Source of the DNA: a phage
Sequence record: PZ445439.1
Reading direction: 5' to 3' (one strand)
DNA length: 64,000 nt
Part shown: positions 20,736 through 30,410 of the stretch, piece after piece
How positions within the stretch are numbered: position 1 is the first letter of the stretch
How the letters are laid out: each line of letters opens with the position of its first letter
Translations under genes and position numbers: made by a program
The notes under the pieces: generated by a model
Seen by the model: only the letters and a program-made list of their open reading frames with translations
Told to the model about the DNA's origin: nothing
Database searches by the model: none

Positions 20736-22846
20736 TATTTTGCCCAGGGAGCCCAGGGCGGAGGGTCAAGATGGTATGAAGCTAGTTCTTCTAGAAGAGC
20801 ATCTGGGGCTTCAATTCCATAATTCTGTAATACTATACGGTACTCTTTCTTATAATCACTAGAATCATTCTGGATATTCGTAGAATGATTATCTTCTAAC
20901 ATCTCAAATAAATCCATATTAATTCCTAGCGATAAAAACCAAAATGACGATTAGCTTCAGCAATCTTTCTTTCTTCTTCGGACATTCTCCATCGTAGTCC
21001 AACATCAAAATGAGCCCAGACCATCCTAACAAATGCATTTATATCTTTAATATCTTCAATAATGAATGTTTTACTTTTAGAAGGTTGACTCGCTAATTTA
21101 ACTTTATCGTCTTCAAACATGTCAAAAAGACCATATTCATGAGCTCTTTTATAGCCTTTAATAGTTAAAGCTTCAGAAGAAGAAAATGGTGAATCTGTAT
21201 TCTGCAAAATATCTTCAGTATGCTTTATAATTAGAATAATATTTTCTGGATATTTTCTTTCTTTTATATCTTTAATTAAAATATCCGGATTTTCTGCTAA
21301 AGGAATAATTAATGAGCATTTTTTATCAAGTGTATTTACTGATTTACCTTCTTTAGACATAAATTCTATTGAATAATGTTTTGCTACTTCAATCATGGGA
21401 TTTCCTTTTGCCTACTAATGGACCATCGGGAATTTTGTTTTCCTGGATATATTTCTCATTTTCTTCCATCATTTTACTGCCAATTTTAAGAAGCAAATCT
21501 AAGGCTTCATTTGCTTTAGCTTTAGCCTCTTCTAACGTCATGTTCTTGTTCATGATTTATCCCCATAGATGTCTCTCATCAATTTAAGTGCTGAGCGTTC
21601 TAATTTCTTTTCTTTCTCAGCACTAATCATTGATTTCATCCATTCTTCCGATTCGTTCTGCATTTCTTTATTTGCCTGTTCAACCCAACCATCGTCAATA
21701 TACATTGAGTTTGGTCTATTGAACCATTCAAGCATTTTCTTCAGAACTTTCATTTGTTTTACCTAAAACAATAGTAGGAGCATCGTCAAATTCATGAATT
21801 TTTAGCAATTTTGGATTTAAATTATTCCATACATAATAAATAAAGTATGATAAAGCATCTTCACTCGCAATTATAAATTTATTTCCTTCATTTATTTTCC
21901 AGTCATATACTGAATCGTACGAATAAAAAGATAAAGGATTACCATTATATTGTTCTGCGCTAACATTAATGTATTCGGATTTAGTAAATGCTTCAATTGC
22001 TCTAAACGGACTATTTGGCACAGTTTCAATAATTCCGATCTTTTTAAGTTTTATTTCAACATCTTCTGGAACTGGCATTGAAACGAAATTTTCTACGAGA
22101 TACATAGGGTTACAATAACCCTTATCAATCACTACGGCTACAGTAATTGGAACATCTTTAGCAAACGACATGCTATTACTGCTAATATACATTTCAAACA
22201 AAATTGCTTCCATAATTTTCCTCAATCACAAGATGTAGATGAACAGCTAGAATCACAAGAACTTCCGCATGAATCACCTGCCCATACATGAACAGGGACA
22301 TTTGTATCATATGAATCAGAACTAGACTGTGTATTCTGTGCATTAGATGATGTAGTAGGTACTGACCAGCGCCAAGGATTTTTATAATATTCTTGGGCTT
22401 CTTCATAAGTCATAGTAACTGCTTCTACTGTTCCATCTCCCATATAAACATACTCAACTACAGTTAAAGGAAGGTAGTCATTTGAAATAGGAACTACACC
22501 TTCTCCCGGAGTTGTAGAGAAAAAATCTGTAAAGAAATTTTTAAACCAATTAAAGATAAACATTACAAAAAGCCTCTTTGAAATTCGACTCTTTGAAATC
22601 CACCCCAGTCAGTATATCGCATTTCAGCATTGAACTCGACTGAACCATCTGCATGCATCATGAATGAATGCGTGACGACATCACAATCCCAGCTTTTCAT
22701 ACCCCATTTATCAGAGATAGCTTTATCAAGAACCTTCTGAAGGTCTTCATTTGGTTTAATCCAACGATTTAACATAGTGTTCTCCTCTATAAGATATTTT
22801 TATTATACCACACTCATTTTGACATGTAAACCATAAAATGAAAAAA

Positions 22847-22866
22847 GGAATCCCGAAGGATTCCTT
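22847..22866 (-). terminator. hairpin terminator downstream of soc
   Basis: AGGAATC-CGAA/UUCG-GATTCCT perfect palindrome with flanking T/A runs. Confidence 0.55.
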
Positions 22867-22873
22867 AAATTAT

Positions 22874-23131
22874 TTAACCACCTACACCTGGTGTAGGTGT
22901 AACAGTCCAAAGACCTTCATTAGCAGTGATCCATTCAGTACGTTGATTTTCTTCATATACTGTAGAATATGCTGCTTTTTCAGAAGGGAATGTCTGATAA
23001 TGAGCACCAGAAATTTTGTGAACATCAGAATAAAGAGGGAAAGCTACAGAAATTTCTTTACCCTGAATTGTACCACCATCAACTGCTTGGTCAAATGTTT
23101 TAATATTAACATAACCGCGAGTACTAGCCAT
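22874..23131 (-). CDS. soc: Soc small outer capsid protein
   Basis: MASTRGYVNIKTF...KEISVAFPLYSDVHKISGAHYQTFPSEKAAYSTVYEENQRTEW matches recalled T4 Soc; late promoter TATAAATA and AAGGAG SD upstream; UUCG hairpin terminator downstream. Confidence 0.85.
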   Translation of the reverse strand: MASTRGYVNIKTFDQAVDGGTIQGKEISVAFPLYSDVHKISGAHYQTFPSEKAAYSTVYEENQRTEWITANEGLWTVTPTPGVGG

Positions 23132-23159
23132 GTAATTCTCCTTTTATTTAAATTACATG

Positions 23160-23172
23160 ATTATTTATAATA
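23160..23172 (-). promoter_or_regulatory. late promoter (gp55-dependent) for soc
   Basis: minus strand TATAAATA about 25 nt upstream of AAGGAG-ATG of soc. Confidence 0.55.
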
Positions 23173-23547
23173 AATTCTCGCGGAACGTTAAAATACCCGA
23201 TTTTAGTTAATATAACAACATCGCCGTTAATAATTACCGGAGAATAATCTTCTGGAGCATTAAATTTCCAATGGGCTCTAATATTATATCCATCAGAACC
23301 AAATGCTCGAGTAGCCGGTCTCCCGGCTTTTTGCCACGCGTAGAAATCAAATTTCATTTTGAATGCTCTATAATTAATTTTAAAGCTTCTTCACTGACAA
23401 AAATTTCGTCAGGACCTTCTATAACTTCAACCATACGAAGTTGATTAGTTAAGAGCTCACATACGAGCTCCTTGTTATAATCTTTAAATAGCTGGTCAAT
23501 ACGTTTCTTATGGGCTTTCTTAAGCTGACGCTTATTTAAACGAGCCA

Positions 23548-24066
23548 TTAATAACCTCGGTCTTGACGAGCGAAGTTTTCAGCATTTTTCAGATAATAAA
23601 GTTTAAATATTTCTTCAGCTGACATTCCAAGAGCAATGAATTTATTCATGAAAAAGTGAAATTGATCAATCAGTTCAAATTTAATTTCAAGTTGATCTTC
23701 AGGAGATAAGTCTTGAATTTTCTTGGATTGCATTTCAGAATAACGTTTCTTCCAAGGTTTCCATACGGCAGAAGCTTCTTTTTCACCATTACTCATACCA
23801 CCAAGAGAAGTATATAGCTCGCGAGTTTCATCTGCGATATAATCGTCTTGGTTTCGCAACCAAGCAAGAACTTCTCCTGCAGTTTCAAGTGAATCGGGAT
23901 GACGATTTGTTTCTGGTTTATCATTAGCCAAACGAATCTGTAAATGCCGCTGCATATCAAGCATAACCTGCAATGGGTCAATACTGTGCATAATATACTC
24001 AGCATATGCACGATTTGCTTTATCAACACCTTCGATCAAATGAGCACATTCATTAAAGTGAGCCAT
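23548..24066 (-). CDS. 56: dCTPase/dUTPase gp56 (dCTP pyrophosphatase)
   Basis: start at internal MAHFNECAHLIEG gives about 172 aa (T4 gp56 171 aa); MotA-box middle promoter upstream; ORF-track N-terminal extension is unlikely. Confidence 0.8.
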   Translation of the reverse strand: MAHFNECAHLIEGVDKANRAYAEYIMHSIDPLQVMLDMQRHLQIRLANDKPETNRHPDSLETAGEVLAWLRNQDDYIADETRELYTSLGGMSNGEKEASAVWKPWKKRYSEMQSKKIQDLSPEDQLEIKFELIDQFHFFMNKFIALGMSAEEIFKLYYLKNAENFARQDRGY

Positions 24067-24099
24067 TATTTTTCCTTTCAATTCATGGGTTAGTAGATT

Positions 24100-24126
24100 A
24101 ATTATACAATAAATATATAAAGCAAT
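24100..24126 (-). promoter_or_regulatory. MotA-dependent middle promoter for gene 56
   Basis: minus strand TTGCTTTA, 11-12 nt, TATAAT. Confidence 0.5.
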
Positions 24127-24137
24127 AAGGAGGACAT

Positions 24138-24338
24138 ATGGTACAAAAATTAATGGCACTTGTTAATGCCATAAAAGGTAATAAGAAACGTATAGCTTTT
24201 ACTATTTCTGCTATGGTAGGAATTTTACTCTGGAACTTTATTTTATCACCTGTTGCAATTGCACATGGTATTAATATTCCAGTAGTTACTCTTGATACAT
24301 TCGTAGATTTAGCATTTGCTTTAGTTGGGTTAATTTAA
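24138..24338 (+). CDS. hypothetical small hydrophobic protein on the opposite strand (uncertain)
   Basis: only plus-strand ORF with a strong SD (AAGGAGG, 4-nt spacer); two predicted hydrophobic segments; lies in the 56-61 intergenic gap. Confidence 0.3.
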   Translation: MVQKLMALVNAIKGNKKRIAFTISAMVGILLWNFILSPVAIAHGINIPVVTLDTFVDLAFALVGLI

Positions 24339-25363
24339 ATCTTAGCATATTTAGATAGCCGCATTTTAGCCATCAACCCCTGGGCAATATTATTTTTCAT
24401 ATATTCCATAATTTGTTCAGGGGTTGCACCTTCCTTTCTAATCATATCATTAACATCTTTTGATTTCCAGGGAGATTTATCCCAAAACATAACCCTTTCT
24501 CCTGCATCAACTAATTTAGTCATTCGTTTGATAGTGTCAGGGTGACGAGGTTCATTATCTAAAACCCACACTCGTCTATCTTTAAATGGAACAACTTCTA
24601 GGTCTAATTGACCACCCGTAATAGCTATACCATTTTCAATAAAAAGTGAATCTATAGGTCCTTCTAGAACATATACATCACCATCTTTAACTCGTTCGAC
24701 TCCATATATTTTTGTTGCCTCAGGATAAGCTTTGATGGTGATATATTTTTGAGGAGCATCTTTCTTTAATGCACGTCCTTGAAAAGACTCAGCTTTTCCA
24801 TTAGCATTATAAATTGGAATAACAAGACGAGGCTCAGAAATTTCCTTTTTGTATGTTCCCGGTGCTATGCTATTAACTAATTTAGGCCATTCGGTTGTAA
24901 ACCAAAGATATTTCCATTTATCCTTTGGAATACAACGAGCTTTTACATATTTTATAATTGGATGGTCTTCCGCCAGTTTATCTAATCTAACGCATGACGG
25001 AAGAGATTTAATTATTTTCTTCTCAGGTTGTTTAGGAAGTTCTTTAGGTTTTTCTACTGGACGACTTTTACCTTTTTCTTTTCTTATTTCAAAGATATAC
25101 TCACGATATAAATCAGGTTCAAACTCCTTTAAATATATTCCGATTGGTGCATGATAGTTACAGTTATAACAATGAATATTTCCTTCATTATTATCACCAT
25201 AATACCATCCACGAGCTTTATTCTGGTCGGTTTTTGAATCTCCACAAACAGGGCATCTAAACCGTAATTTAAAAGTTGAACTATTATTTACTTGTGTGAA
25301 TTTAGGTAAATGAGCTAATGCACGGTATGCAAACTCATTATCAATCCAAGGTATTGATGACAT
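24335..25363 (-). CDS. 61: DNA primase gp61
   Basis: 342 aa as in T4; N-terminal zinc ribbon CPVCGDS...CYNC and Toprim-like core. Confidence 0.9.
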   Translation of the reverse strand: MSSIPWIDNEFAYRALAHLPKFTQVNNSSTFKLRFRCPVCGDSKTDQNKARGWYYGDNNEGNIHCYNCNYHAPIGIYLKEFEPDLYREYIFEIRKEKGKSRPVEKPKELPKQPEKKIIKSLPSCVRLDKLAEDHPIIKYVKARCIPKDKWKYLWFTTEWPKLVNSIAPGTYKKEISEPRLVIPIYNANGKAESFQGRALKKDAPQKYITIKAYPEATKIYGVERVKDGDVYVLEGPIDSLFIENGIAITGGQLDLEVVPFKDRRVWVLDNEPRHPDTIKRMTKLVDAGERVMFWDKSPWKSKDVNDMIRKEGATPEQIMEYMKNNIAQGLMAKMRLSKYAKI

Positions 25364-25531
25364 TTTTACTCTTCTTTTTCTTTAGATTCCTCTTTTTTCT
25401 TTTTAGGAATCTGTTCAGGACCTTTATTTACTACAGCGCCTGACGTTGTTCCAGTAGAGATATTTTCAGGATTACCACCTGAATCTCCAGCGACCATATC
25501 TTCTTTGATAAATTCTTTATATGTTTTCATA

Positions 25532-25888
25532 TTAACCTCTATTCATAAAAGCATTAAAAATTTGGTCATCAATAGATGGTGCAGTAATATTTTCTGCATC
25601 ATTTAGCAAATCATTAATTTCATCAGATAGCATAACACATGTACCTTTATTTCCTGTAATTGTTACTGCACAATTACGAACGTTTTCTTTATCAAATTTT
25701 AGGTTAATATTTTCGTAGTGAAAATCCTTTAATGCCGAATATATCTTTAAAATAAAATTGTCTTTTACTACAATAAACCCAACCTCACTATTAAAACGTG
25801 GTTCATGGAAACTGTAATAAACCTTTTCATCTATAAAATCGTATGAAATTTTTTCCATTTTTAAATATGAAAATTCAGAACTATACAT
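25532..25888 (-). CDS. hypothetical protein (61.1/61.2 region), shares C-terminal module with next ORF
   Basis: 118 aa ending IDDQIFNAFMNRG; about 40 nt of near-identical DNA at the 3' end shared with 25890-26537. Confidence 0.4.
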   Translation of the reverse strand: MYSSEFSYLKMEKISYDFIDEKVYYSFHEPRFNSEVGFIVVKDNFILKIYSALKDFHYENINLKFDKENVRNCAVTITGNKGTCVMLSDEINDLLNDAENITAPSIDDQIFNAFMNRG

Positions 25889-25889
25889 A

Positions 25890-26537
25890 TTAACCTTTAT
25901 TCATAAAAGCATTAAAAATTTGATCGTCAATAGAAACTTTTACTTTAGGCTGTTCTTCAAACGGTAATTCATATCCACATATTACAATTTTGTGATCGAT
26001 ACCAAAATACACAGAAGCAATATGATTAATATTATTTTCAGTGAAATCTAAATCAACATCAATATCTTTTTGACTAACGCTCAAAGGATAATTAATACGA
26101 ATAATTCGATTATCTTTAACAAAGATTCCACCGACATACTCTGTGTTGCGTTTAAAGTTTACACGTTTCCTAAATGAAAAATATTCAGGTTCTTTATGAG
26201 CCCGACTCATAGGACACAATGAGTAGCTAGAATAAGAGATGTCAAATCCTACACCTTCAATATGAATATGAGCCAACGTGTCATGATTAAACCAATTATA
26301 ATCATATGCCAAATCCATTATATTGTAATATGTGAAAGGCACCGGATTAACATCATATGTTGTACCTTTAAAATCTGCCCAGGCAACGATTTCGTTATCT
26401 TTAACAATTACAAAAATTGTGCCAATAAGATATCCACGGTTATTTTCATCAGGTGTTATATTATAACATTGTGCATCAGGAAATTTACCGTATTTAAACG
26501 GTGGATTTTTGTGCATATAATAAATCATATTATTCAC
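25890..26537 (-). CDS. hypothetical protein (61.1/61.2 region)
   Basis: 215 aa ending IDDQIFNAFMNKG. Confidence 0.4.
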   Translation of the reverse strand: MNNMIYYMHKNPPFKYGKFPDAQCYNITPDENNRGYLIGTIFVIVKDNEIVAWADFKGTTYDVNPVPFTYYNIMDLAYDYNWFNHDTLAHIHIEGVGFDISYSSYSLCPMSRAHKEPEYFSFRKRVNFKRNTEYVGGIFVKDNRIIRINYPLSVSQKDIDVDLDFTENNINHIASVYFGIDHKIVICGYELPFEEQPKVKVSIDDQIFNAFMNKG

Positions 26538-26823
26538 CTGTGATTTCGGTTACGATATTTTTGTTATTAAAGTTTTTATCGCAATACAGAACATAATTAT
26601 ACTGCATTACACCACCAGACTTAAGTTGTTTTTGCACTTCAGCTTTCATTTCAGGACGATCGCGCTCAACGATATTCATAATATCTGCTTCAATTTGGGT
26701 TTCAACTTCAGTCTGATCCGCAGTCATAGACCATTCGCACAAATCTTTATCATAGCCTGCCATAGCAGGCTGAGCAGCACAAGAAGCCAAAGTAAAAATT
26801 GTAGCAAAAATAAATTTTTTCAT
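26530..26823 (-). CDS. sp: Spackle-like periplasmic protein (superinfection exclusion), tentative
   Basis: 97 aa with N-terminal signal peptide, at the 61.3 position between 61 and dmd. Confidence 0.5.
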   Translation of the reverse strand: MKKFIFATIFTLASCAAQPAMAGYDKDLCEWSMTADQTEVETQIEADIMNIVERDRPEMKAEVQKQLKSGGVMQYNYVLYCDKNFNNKNIVTEITGE

Positions 26824-26883
26824 GATAATCTCCTCAGTAGTTTATGTTTATATAGTATCTCAATTTCCAACAAAAGTAAACAG

Positions 26884-27183
26884 CTATTTTAAAACTTCTG
26901 CATAATCACATGTTACAAACTGTTTCTCTAGCTTGACGATTTTACGAAAGTATCTTTTGCATTGGCGAATCTGTCGCTTCGTGGGGCGAACAGCAAACTT
27001 AATAAATTCCACTCGACCAAATGGAGGACTTTCTTCTGCTGGAATATCTAACACCAATTCCCACGTATCTGCAATAAGTGCTTTGAATTGAGTATTTTTC
27101 CTGACGTTATACGGAGTAGGTTTAAATAAAACAATATGCATATTATCCTCGGCAATCCACTTCGCACACTTTCTTGTCATCAA
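26884..27183 (-). CDS. hypothetical basic protein adjacent to dmd (61.4 position)
   Basis: 99-aa ORF overlapping the dmd 3' end; basic composition. Confidence 0.35.
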   Translation of the reverse strand: MMTRKCAKWIAEDNMHIVLFKPTPYNVRKNTQFKALIADTWELVLDIPAEESPPFGRVEFIKFAVRPTKRQIRQCKRYFRKIVKLEKQFVTCDYAEVLK

Positions 27184-27325
27184 TGAAAGCTTTAACTAAT
27201 GCTTTATTAACTTCAGCATATTGAGTAGTAGCCCATTGAACGTCATCTTTCATCATTGTGATTTCTTTAGTAAACATGCTTTCATTCTTAAACCACCCCA
27301 TAAAAACTACCTTTACCAATTCCAT
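27143..27325 (-). CDS. dmd: Dmd, antitoxin against host RnlA/LsoA RNase toxins
   Basis: 60 aa, MELVKVVFMGWFKNESMF... consistent with recalled T4 Dmd; early promoter upstream. Confidence 0.7.
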   Translation of the reverse strand: MELVKVVFMGWFKNESMFTKEITMMKDDVQWATTQYAEVNKALVKAFIDDKKVCEVDCRG

Positions 27326-27339
27326 AACAATCTCCTCAT

Positions 27340-27380
27340 TTAACCAACAAGACTACTATACCATAGTCTTGTCAGCTTGT
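27340..27380 (-). promoter_or_regulatory. early promoter upstream of dmd
   Basis: minus strand GTTTAC ... TGG-TATAGT. Confidence 0.5.
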
Positions 27381-27383
27381 AAA

Positions 27384-28811
27384 CTAAAATTTTAATTCAT
27401 TTGCCAAAGCATCTAACTGAGCTCGAGTGGATTCATTTCTTTGATAGCGATTCTGCTCAGCCTGAATCTGTTGTGAACCTGCTACTTCACTCACTTCAGT
27501 TGGAGTAGAATCTTGTTCAATTTCTACCCATTTTTGATTTCCTTTTTGAACACCCATCAAAAACTTATTCCACTTATTCTTATCACCATATCGTGATTTG
27601 ATTTGCTTAATGAGTTGTTGTTCAGCAGCTGCTAGCTCCTCGGTTTCAATGACCGCAAGCATAAAATCAGCTGTTGCTGGAAGACCAGCAGATTCTGCAA
27701 TATCGCTCATGTTAACATCGGAAGAGTCCCAAGCTTGTTTACCAACCTGTGCTGCAGTCCAAAGAACAGTTTCGGTTTCAACAGCCAGAGCACGCAATTC
27801 CTCTGCGATAGCTTTAACAGTTGTGTAACTATTTTCTGAATAAACTCTAATGCGGCAAGATTTACAAATACCTAGATAGTCGACAATAATGATTGTTGGA
27901 ACAAAATTCTTCTTGAGCTTTAATTCATTTAAAAGTGATCGAAATGTATTAGCGTCTGCTCCACCAGTAGGATATTGCTTAACGATTAAACGACCAAGGG
28001 TAGATTTCTCACGCCATTTTTCCATTTTTCCTTTATACTCAGCGTAAGAAATATGCCCATCATCAATGTCATCAAGAGAAACATCGAGCATGTTAGCATC
28101 AATACGTTTAGCACAGACTTCTTCTGCCATTTCCATGGAGATATAAAGAACGTTATGACCAAGCTGCAAATAATCTGCTGCCAATGAACACAGACCTAAT
28201 GACTTACCAACGTTAACGCCAGCCATTAAAACGTTCAGTGTTCCAGTCTCAGCTCCACCTTTCGTAATTTTGTTTAGAATTCTGAGTTTAAATGGAACCT
28301 TACGAGCTTTATTCATATAAGATAGCCAACGCGCTTCATAGTCATCCATCCAATCATGACCAACGTAGCTATCAAATGAAATTGATAATGCTTGGCGCAT
28401 GATGTCAGGAATAGCACCTACATCTGGCATTTTCTTATTTCGTTTTTCCGGAGGAAGCTCAGCATTAGTTTGAATTTCGATTATTTTAGACGTAGCATTA
28501 AACATCGCCCTTTGCTGAACATATTTTTCTGTTTCTTTTACTAACCAGCTGTGGTCTTCTGGAGAATCAGCCAGTTTTGAAATAAGTGTTTTTACACCAG
28601 AATATTCTGTTTCAGTAAATGAACTATTTTCTAATGCAACATTTAACGCATTAATAGATGGAACGCTATGATACTCATTAACATGAGATTTAATTAATTT
28701 GAATGTATTTTTAGCTGGACCACTTTCAAAATATTCTGAATCCATATATGGCCAAACTTTTGAAAAATAAGCTTGATCAAATATGAGATGAGAAAGAATA
28801 ATTTCTACCAC
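27384..28811 (-). CDS. 41: replicative DNA helicase gp41 (DnaB family)
   Basis: 475 aa as in T4; Walker A GAGVNVGKS, RecA-like fold motifs. Confidence 0.9.
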   Translation of the reverse strand: MVEIILSHLIFDQAYFSKVWPYMDSEYFESGPAKNTFKLIKSHVNEYHSVPSINALNVALENSSFTETEYSGVKTLISKLADSPEDHSWLVKETEKYVQQRAMFNATSKIIEIQTNAELPPEKRNKKMPDVGAIPDIMRQALSISFDSYVGHDWMDDYEARWLSYMNKARKVPFKLRILNKITKGGAETGTLNVLMAGVNVGKSLGLCSLAADYLQLGHNVLYISMEMAEEVCAKRIDANMLDVSLDDIDDGHISYAEYKGKMEKWREKSTLGRLIVKQYPTGGADANTFRSLLNELKLKKNFVPTIIIVDYLGICKSCRIRVYSENSYTTVKAIAEELRALAVETETVLWTAAQVGKQAWDSSDVNMSDIAESAGLPATADFMLAVIETEELAAAEQQLIKQIKSRYGDKNKWNKFLMGVQKGNQKWVEIEQDSTPTEVSEVAGSQQIQAEQNRYQRNESTRAQLDALANELKF

Positions 28812-28820
28812 ACTTACTCC

Positions 28821-29177
28821 TTAAAAGAATTTAAATTTTTTCTTTGACCTTTTATTAAATGCATCTTGCAGTTGCATTGTAATACATTTTTCTACATGAG
28901 GAGCTAACTCAGCTTTTCTTTCTTGGTCAAGAACAGCAAAGTCCATTACGACTTTTCCATCAACCCAATCTAATTTTGTCACATACACAATGTGTGTAGA
29001 ACCATCTTCTAGTTTAATGACAATCTCCTGGATAACATTTTCCATGGCAGATTTAATTATCTTAAGAGATTCATTAAAAAGACGTTCTTTTCTTTCTTCT
29101 TCCCCCTCCGAAGAGGGGGATTCATCGATAATTTCTAAATCTAAATCATCTTTACTCATTAAATTCTTCCATATCAC
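28821..29177 (-). CDS. 40: gp40-like protein (head vertex assembly chaperone position)
   Basis: 118 aa between uvsX and 41 as in T4. Confidence 0.45.
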   Translation of the reverse strand: MIWKNLMSKDDLDLEIIDESPSSEGEEERKERLFNESLKIIKSAMENVIQEIVIKLEDGSTHIVYVTKLDWVDGKVVMDFAVLDQERKAELAPHVEKCITMQLQDAFNKRSKKKFKFF

Positions 29178-30333
29178 TTAACTGCTCGAGGTCAGTTTCT
29201 AAATCAGCAGCTGATTTACTTTTACTTTCTGGAGATTTAAATTTTTCAACCTTTGAGTTAATCAATTCATCAACTTCAGCTTCAACAATTTCATTACTAT
29301 CAATAGCACCTAACTGATAAGCACGTTTAATAGCATCTCGGAATGGTTGATGCTTAAATAAAGGACCCCAGAATGTAGTGCAGTTGGTATCTTTTGCACG
29401 CCAAGATTTTTCTTCGCGAATCATCTCGCCGGTTTCTTCATCAAGAAATTCACGAGCATACCAGCCATTTTTAGGTTTTACCACGAATCCTAATTCTAAA
29501 GCCATATCTAACAATCCAGAATAAGGATCGATACCACCGTCAAATTTAACATCAATAAAGAATTTACTTTTTTCTTTAACGGTACGAGATTTTTCTACAT
29601 TTAGAACAAATTGATACCCCTGAAGATCAGAACCATCTTTAATCTGACGCTTACCGATAATGAATACAGTATCAGCCGAATACATTACGCCTGTACCACC
29701 TGTCATCACGGTTTTACTAAACATTTCAATTGTTTCAATTGTATGGTTAACCGCAACACATGGAATATTTTTAATGCTAAAGTAAGGAGTAACAATACGG
29801 AATAATGACTTCAGTGATTTAGCACGAGTCATATCTGCCACAGATTTTTCATTCAAGGCATCTTCAGTTTCTTTCTTAGAAGCCATATTACCGATTGAGT
29901 CGATGAATACAATAACTTTTTCACCACGCTCAATATCTTCAAGCTGATTCACCATATCAATTTTCAGCTGTTCAACTGACTGGATTGGCGTATGAATTAC
30001 TCGTTCCGGGTCAACTCCCATGGATCGCAAATAAGCTGGAGTAATACCAAATTCGCTATCATAGAATAGACAAACCGCGTCAGGATATTTGTTCAAATAC
30101 GCCGCAACCATAGTCAAAGACATATTTGATTTAAAGTGTTTAGAAGGCCCTGCGAAAATAGTTAAACCAGACTGCATACCACCATCAATCGCACCAGAAA
30201 TAGCAATATTAAGCATTGGGATTTTTGTACGGATTACATCCTTTTCATTAAAGAATTTAGATGTAGTCAGTTCAGCAGTCATTTTAGAAGTGGAAGCTTT
30301 AATCAAACGGGATTTTAAATCTGCAATAGACAT
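29152..30333 (-). CDS. uvsX: UvsX recombinase (RecA/Rad51 family)
   Basis: 393 aa; RecA-like core with Walker A-like GPSKHFKS and acidic C-terminal tail. Confidence 0.9.
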   Translation of the reverse strand: MSIADLKSRLIKASTSKMTAELTTSKFFNEKDVIRTKIPMLNIAISGAIDGGMQSGLTIFAGPSKHFKSNMSLTMVAAYLNKYPDAVCLFYDSEFGITPAYLRSMGVDPERVIHTPIQSVEQLKIDMVNQLEDIERGEKVIVFIDSIGNMASKKETEDALNEKSVADMTRAKSLKSLFRIVTPYFSIKNIPCVAVNHTIETIEMFSKTVMTGGTGVMYSADTVFIIGKRQIKDGSDLQGYQFVLNVEKSRTVKEKSKFFIDVKFDGGIDPYSGLLDMALELGFVVKPKNGWYAREFLDEETGEMIREEKSWRAKDTNCTTFWGPLFKHQPFRDAIKRAYQLGAIDSNEIVEAEVDELINSKVEKFKSPESKSKSAADLETDLEQLSDMEEFNE

Positions 30334-30410
30334 TCATTTTTTCCATAGGCATCATTATATTTTCCTCACTGGTTAAAGATAGAGTAATTATAACACAATA
30401 AATTTAGGCA

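Noticed and set aside
23548-24159. 203-aa version of gene 56 with a hydrophobic N-terminal extension
   Set aside because: Extension runs through the gene-56 middle promoter; the internal MAHFNEC start gives the expected ~171-172 aa dCTPase
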